Positions 58,992 to 64,000 of a DNA stretch of 64,000 bases are shown piece by piece; position 1 is the stretch's first letter, and each line of letters starts with the position of its first letter. The notes beneath the pieces were generated by a model. That model made no database searches. It saw only the letters and a program-made list of their open reading frames with translations, and was not told the origin of the DNA. The DNA is from an uncultured Chloroflexia bacterium. GTDB lineage: Bacteria; Chloroflexota; Dehalococcoidia; DSTF01; JALHUB01. The stretch is taken from NCBI GenBank assembly GCA_963703345.1, contig OY969814.1, positions 2,080,001 to 2,144,000 of the forward strand, written 5' to 3'. Both the position numbers and the translations under genes were made by a program.

Positions 58992-60205
58992 AGGACTTCC
59001 TCTGCGGTCAGACGCTCTATCTCTTCCTTCGGCATTGCCAGCAGCTCGCCGAGCACGTAGTCGTTGTGCTGGCCGAGGAGCGGGCCGGGCCGCATGATGC
59101 GCGCCGGCGTCTTCGACAGGCGCCAGGGCGGACCCAGCACTTTTTTGACGCCCATCAGGGGGTGCTCGACGTCCTGAATGATGCCGCGTTCGAGGACGTG
59201 GCGGTCCTGCACGATCTCTTCGCCGGCGTAGACGGGCATCGCCGGGACTCCGGCGGCCTGTAGCTCCTGCATAATGTCGAGGGGGTTGCGTTCGGCGGTC
59301 CAGGCGCCGATGCGCTCGTCCAGCGCATCGCGGTTCTGCCAGCGATTGAACTCGTCGGCGAAGCGTTCATCCCGCGTCAGGCGCTGGTCGCCGATGACGC
59401 CGCAGAGGGCCCGCCAATCCTCCTCGGTACCGACGACGATGGAGACCCACTCGTTCTCGCCCTTGCAGGCGTAGACGTTATGAGGCGCCATTGCCCGATC
59501 ATTGTTCCCGTTGCGCTCCTGGACACGTCCGTTCATCGTGTAGTCCATGAAGCTATCGCCCATGAGGGAGCTGACCGCCTCGGCGGATGACAGGTCGATG
59601 TGCTGCCCCCGGCCGGTCCGCTTTCGATGGTAAAGTGCGGCGAGAACGGCGAAGGCGCCGGTACTGCCAACACGGAGGTCGATGGTGCCCATCAGCGGGG
59701 CGGGACGACCGCCGGCGCGGCCGGTGATGTAGGCCATGCCTCCCATTGCGGCGAAGGTCGGCGCGTAGCCGGTGTATAGCCGCTCTGGGCCGGTGCTGCC
59801 GACCGCAGACGAAGAGAGCATGACGATGTCCGGCTTGATCGCCTTCAGGTCCTCGTAGCCGAGGCCGAGCTTCTCCAGCACTCCGGGTCGCATGTTCTGC
59901 GTCACGACGTCGCTGATCTTTGCCAGCGACCGCGCGATCTCCCTCGCCTCAGGCTTGCTCAGGTTCAGCGTAAGGCTGAGCTTGTTCAGGTTCAGCGTGT
60001 TGAAGATGAACGACTCGTCGGGGCCGCCCATGGTGGGACCGGCGACGAGCGAGCGCAAGCGCGAGTGATCGAGGCGACTGCGGCTTTCGACTTTGATGAC
60101 TTGCGCGCCGAGCAGGGCAAGGAGGAGCGTCGCCTGCGGGCCGGCCCAGGCCCAGGTGAAGTCGAGTATCCTCACGCCCTCAAGGGGAAGCCGCTTTTCC
60201 GCCAT
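58985..60205 (-). CDS. Family III CoA-transferase (CaiB/BbsF-like)
   Basis: L.GVRILDF, AGP, NLNK.S, NMRPG, Asp in GTID. Confidence 0.92.
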   Translation of the reverse strand: MAEKRLPLEGVRILDFTWAWAGPQATLLLALLGAQVIKVESRSRLDHSRLRSLVAGPTMGGPDESFIFNTLNLNKLSLTLNLSKPEAREIARSLAKISDVVTQNMRPGVLEKLGLGYEDLKAIKPDIVMLSSSAVGSTGPERLYTGYAPTFAAMGGMAYITGRAGGRPAPLMGTIDLRVGSTGAFAVLAALYHRKRTGRGQHIDLSSAEAVSSLMGDSFMDYTMNGRVQERNGNNDRAMAPHNVYACKGENEWVSIVVGTEEDWRALCGVIGDQRLTRDERFADEFNRWQNRDALDERIGAWTAERNPLDIMQELQAAGVPAMPVYAGEEIVQDRHVLERGIIQDVEHPLMGVKKVLGPPWRLSKTPARIMRPGPLLGQHNDYVLGELLAMPKEEIERLTAEEVLY

Positions 60206-60206
60206 C

Positions 60207-61412
60207 CTAAATCACTCCGTCCGCGCGCAGTCGGGCCAGCTCTTCGTGCGAGTAGCCCAGGCGACCGCAGTAAATCTCTTCGTTGTGCTGTCCGAGCAGC
60301 GGGGCCGGCCGCTCCGCCTGCCAGGGCGTCTCCGAGAACTTGTAGCCGGCTGTCGGATAGTAGAACTTGCCGGCAACGGAATGTTCGACCTCCTGGAAGA
60401 AGCCGCGCTCCCGCGCCTGCTGCCAGTCGAAGACCTCTTCGGTCAACCGAACGGGCGCCAGCGGCACGCTGAAGCTCTGGGCGAGGTGGTAGAGCTCGTC
60501 TTGCGTGCGGTCGGCGGCCCACTCCTCGACGTGGGGCTGGATCTCGTCCCGCTTGGCCGCGCGGCCCATCTCCGTGGCGAACTCCTCGTTCTGGGCCCAC
60601 TCCGGGTTGCCCATCGCCCGCACCAGTCCCTCCCACTGGTGGTCCTGCGGCATCGTCAGAATCACCCAGCCGTCCTTGCAGGCCATCAGGCCGCCTACCT
60701 GCATCCCAATGCGACCAACGATGGTCTCGCCGTCGGCGAAGCGGCAGATATCGACGCGCTCCAGGCCGAGAAGGCTCTCCTGCTTGGAGACGTCAACGTA
60801 CTGACCCTCGCCGGTCAGCATTCGGCCAAAGAGAGCGGCCAGGGCAGCAATGGCAGCGTTCAGTCCGCTGTCGTACTCGCCGGCGTAGCCACCGGGCGGG
60901 ACCGGCTCCTTTCCCGGCTCTTCGAATCGGGCGAGGAAGAACTTAGTCGAGTGGCCGCTGACGTGGTGGAGATTGAGCGTGCGACAGGCGTACCCGGCGT
61001 AGGGGCCTGTCTGGCCGAAAGGCGTAATCGACACCATGACGAGCCCGGGGTTGGCCGCAGCCAGCGTCTCGTAGTCCAGGCCAAGCGCCTCCATGCGACC
61101 CGGCGTCTGGTCTTCGATGAGGACGTCAACGTCCTTGGCGAGCGCCTGGAATATGTGCCTGCCCGTCGCAAGGGACGGGTCGAGAGTCAGCGAGCGCTTG
61201 TTCGTATTGAGGTAGAGGAAGAGGCCACTCTTCTCCGGGTGCGGCAGATCGTCGGGAAAAGGGCCGCGATGGCGGGCGCGGTCGCCGGCCGGCGGCTGCT
61301 CGATCTTGATCGACTCGGCGCCGAGGTCGGCGAGCAGCTTGCCGCAGTACGGCCCGGCGATCATATCGCAGTATTCGAGAACTTTGATGCCCTGTAGGGC
61401 GCGATCAGTCAT
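60207..61412 (-). CDS. Family III CoA-transferase (BbsE-like partner)
   Basis: AGPYCGKLLADLGA, LNTNKRS, SITPFGQTGPY; AGEY at the catalytic-Asp position. Confidence 0.9.
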   Translation of the reverse strand: MTDRALQGIKVLEYCDMIAGPYCGKLLADLGAESIKIEQPPAGDRARHRGPFPDDLPHPEKSGLFLYLNTNKRSLTLDPSLATGRHIFQALAKDVDVLIEDQTPGRMEALGLDYETLAAANPGLVMVSITPFGQTGPYAGYACRTLNLHHVSGHSTKFFLARFEEPGKEPVPPGGYAGEYDSGLNAAIAALAALFGRMLTGEGQYVDVSKQESLLGLERVDICRFADGETIVGRIGMQVGGLMACKDGWVILTMPQDHQWEGLVRAMGNPEWAQNEEFATEMGRAAKRDEIQPHVEEWAADRTQDELYHLAQSFSVPLAPVRLTEEVFDWQQARERGFFQEVEHSVAGKFYYPTAGYKFSETPWQAERPAPLLGQHNEEIYCGRLGYSHEELARLRADGVI

Positions 61413-61592
61413 TTCCAGCCGTTTTCCCGGAACCTAGGCAGGCGCGAACGCAATTCTTAGCCTAGCACAGGGGCCATTTCAACAAAACGTGGCCAAACCC
61501 CTAACCGCTGCGGCCGCGCTCTTGAATTGACTTTATTCGGTGCCGTGGCCTAGCTTTCGTTCAAGGCCTGAATCGAAGCAGGACGGAGCGAA

Positions 61593-63020
61593 GTGCGGAA
61601 GGAAAGCGTTCATCCCCTCGACTACTTGTTCTATCCCCGCTCCGTCGCGGTCGTCGGCGTCTCCGGCAAGCCACGCGACTGGGGTGGCGGCAACATGTTT
61701 CTCAAGGGCCTGCAGACGTTCGGATTCCCCGGACCGCTGTATCCCGTGCACCCGACGCTCGATGAGGTGCTGGGGCTTCGCTGCTACCCGTCGATCTCCG
61801 CCATTCCCGGGCCGGTCGATTACGTGATCTCGGCGATTCCGGCGAGCGGCGTCGCAGCGCTTATGGACGACGCGGCGGCGAAGGGCGTGCGCTGCATCCA
61901 TTTCTTCACAGCCGGCTTTCGCGAGACCGGCGAGCAGGAGCGCATAGACCTGGAGCGCGAGGTGCTGGCGAAGGCTAAGGCCGCGGGCATACGGATCGTC
62001 GGGCCGAACTGCATGGGACTGTACTGCCCGGCCGGAAGGATCAGCTTCGGCGGCGACTTCCCGAAGGAGCCGGGCAGCGTCGCCTTCATCTCGCAAAGCG
62101 GGCTCAACGCCGAGGACCTCGTACATCATGCGGCGCTGCGAGGGATTCGTTTCAGCAAGGTGATAAGCTACGGCAACGCCACCGACCTGGACGAAAGCGA
62201 CTTCTTCGAATACTGCCTCGCGGACCCGGAGACGGAGATAATCCTCGCCTACATCGAAGGGGTGAAGGACGGCCGGCGATTCCAGCGGGCCCTGCGGGCG
62301 GCTTCGGCGGCCAAACCGACGGTCCTGCTCAAGGGTGGCGCCACGGACGCCGGCGACCGGGCGACGCGCTCGCATACGGGGAGTCTCGCGGGGTCAGCGC
62401 AGGTGTGGGAGGGGCTCTGCCGTCAGGCCGGCGTCGTCTCAGTCGACGGCCTCGACGATCTGGCGGACATGGCGGTAACGTTCCGCCTCCTCAAGCCGCC
62501 GTCCGGACGCGGCGTTGCCGTCATCGTTGTCGGCGGCGGCTCCAGCGTGCTCGCGGCGGACCGGGCGGAGAGGCTCGGGTTGCGCGTCCCGCCGCTCTCA
62601 GACGAGGCGCAGGCGAAGCTGCGCAGCTTCACACCGCTGGCCGGCACGAGCGTCCGAAACCCTCTGGATACCGTCGCCCTCGAAGACAGGGAGGGTTTCC
62701 ACAAGACCGTCAACATTGTCGGCAACGAGCCCAACATCGACTGCATCCTCATCCTGCCGCGACTGGACTGGTGGCTGGACCGCGTTCCGGACGTCGATGA
62801 GACGGTACGGGCGACGGTGGCGAAGATGAAGGAGGCAGCGGACCAGAGCCCGGTGCCGGTGGCTCTGGCCCTCCGTACGCCGGACAACGCCACGACGATG
62901 AAGGCGTTCGAGCTGCTCTATCAGGAGTGCGCGGAGGCCGGCCTGGCAGTCTATCCGGACTTCGAGCGCGCCTTCACGGCAATGGCAAGGTTCGCGACCT
63001 GGCGAGAGGCGCGTCAGTAG
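61593..63020 (+). CDS. NDP-forming acyl-CoA synthetase alpha subunit (CoA-binding)
   Basis: P.SVAVVG.S, GPNCMG, SQSG, SYGN..D, SHTGSLAG phospho-His, NPLD; no ATP-grasp domain. Confidence 0.9.
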   Translation: MRKESVHPLDYLFYPRSVAVVGVSGKPRDWGGGNMFLKGLQTFGFPGPLYPVHPTLDEVLGLRCYPSISAIPGPVDYVISAIPASGVAALMDDAAAKGVRCIHFFTAGFRETGEQERIDLEREVLAKAKAAGIRIVGPNCMGLYCPAGRISFGGDFPKEPGSVAFISQSGLNAEDLVHHAALRGIRFSKVISYGNATDLDESDFFEYCLADPETEIILAYIEGVKDGRRFQRALRAASAAKPTVLLKGGATDAGDRATRSHTGSLAGSAQVWEGLCRQAGVVSVDGLDDLADMAVTFRLLKPPSGRGVAVIVVGGGSSVLAADRAERLGLRVPPLSDEAQAKLRSFTPLAGTSVRNPLDTVALEDREGFHKTVNIVGNEPNIDCILILPRLDWWLDRVPDVDETVRATVAKMKEAADQSPVPVALALRTPDNATTMKAFELLYQECAEAGLAVYPDFERAFTAMARFATWREARQ

Positions 63021-63055
63021 CAGCAGCTACACTTTGTCGTTGGGTGCTTTCTGCT

Positions 63056-63997
63056 TCAGGCCACTCTTCGGATCGTCCGCCTGACATCGTGAGTAGGACC
63101 GAGCAGGACGCTGGTGTGGCGCGCGCCCAGCCTCAGGGCATGGACGAACTGCTGCGCGAGGTCCGGATCGAACTGCGTGCCCGCCTTGTCGCTGATCTCT
63201 TGCAGCGCCTGTGCCGGCTTGCGGGCGACCCGGTAGGGTGAATCGAGGATCATCGCGGTGTAGGCGTCGGCGATAGCCATGATGCGGGCCGGCAGAGGAA
63301 TCTGCTCCCCGTGCTTTCCGCGCAGGTAGCCGTCGCCGTCCCAGCGCTCGTGGTGGAAGAGAACGGTTTCCAGGACCAGGTCGTGCAGCCAGTGGGGCGA
63401 AGCGCGCAGGATGGGCCAATCGCGCAGAAGGTCATAGCCGACGGAAACGTGGGAGCGCAGGACAAGCATCTCGGCGCTGTTCAGCGGGCCGTCCTTCGTC
63501 AGGAGGTCCACCGGAAGAGCCATCTTGCCGAGGTCATAGACGCGGCCGGCGATCCATAGCGCGCCGACCTCATCGGACGAGAGCTGGACGCGGCGGGCCA
63601 GGGCGAGGGCGTGCTGCGCGGCAAGGTTCGAATGAAGCCCGGAGTAGTTGTCGCGGGTATCGAGGTCAAGCTCCCACTGGTCGACGAGCGCCCTTACATG
63701 ATCGCGGGTTTGGCGGGACCAGGCCGTGGACAGCGTCTCGATGACGCGGGAGTCGCTCGAGGCGAAGAGATCGGTCACATCGTGGTCGTCGATGCCGTAG
63801 ACGATTCGAAACAAGAGTGCCCCTCCTGAATCAGTAACGGCACAAACCGGCAAGTCTTTAGTTGCATGTGAATCTGCACGTCGCGCGGCGCAGGATACGA
63901 GGACAAAGCCTTGACCGCACGCTAGACACTGACGCAAGATTGCTACACGGCGCTCCCGGGCGTCGCATGACACTAAGAGGAGGAACGAAAAGGCCAT
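63056..63997 (-). CDS. HD-GYP domain protein (degenerate HD motif)
   Basis: HS, YDLGK in place of HDIGK, H...G, HHERWDG.GY, ADAYTAM, PYR, GTQFDP; true start uncertain. Confidence 0.8.
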   Translation of the reverse strand: MAFSFLLLVSCDARERRVAILRQCLACGQGFVLVSCAARRADSHATKDLPVCAVTDSGGALLFRIVYGIDDHDVTDLFASSDSRVIETLSTAWSRQTRDHVRALVDQWELDLDTRDNYSGLHSNLAAQHALALARRVQLSSDEVGALWIAGRVYDLGKMALPVDLLTKDGPLNSAEMLVLRSHVSVGYDLLRDWPILRASPHWLHDLVLETVLFHHERWDGDGYLRGKHGEQIPLPARIMAIADAYTAMILDSPYRVARKPAQALQEISDKAGTQFDPDLAQQFVHALRLGARHTSVLLGPTHDVRRTIRRVA

Positions 63998-64000
63998 GGA

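Overview
High-GC bacterial chromosome segment. Gene content (secretin-less Tad pilus, SipW/TasA, dockerin and Thr-Pro-linker secreted proteins, BbsE/F-like CoA-transferases) suggests Chloroflexota, probably Dehalococcoidia-like; this is inference. Housekeeping flanks carry rny-ymdB, four tRNAs, an Icd/LeuB-family dehydrogenase, mscL, uvrC, pcm, xerD, DsbA-VKOR, a Fur/Zur + metal ABC operon, a GltD-like oxidoreductase, ArsA/Get3, secA, prs and purN. They surround an accessory region (~24-50.6 kb) holding a Flp/Tad pilus operon extended by a double J-like/FHA protein and an AAA+ ATPase, a vWA-FHA protein, two GT-C glycosyltransferases, an XRE-controlled HNH/Zn-finger/SWIM/Gp157 cassette, a dead tyrosine integrase, two tRNA fragments and several secreted Thr/Pro-rich proteins. 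Most notable: a copy of tRNA(CAT) with short palindromic hairpins grafted into its arms, lying between a promoter and the intact tRNA; the extended Tad system; motifs shared by the long leaders of the fibre-subunit genes; a gapless paralog pair in which one copy has an in-frame TAG; and a ZMP/ZTP-riboswitch-like leader upstream of prs. All calls come from motif recognition by eye; no searches were run.
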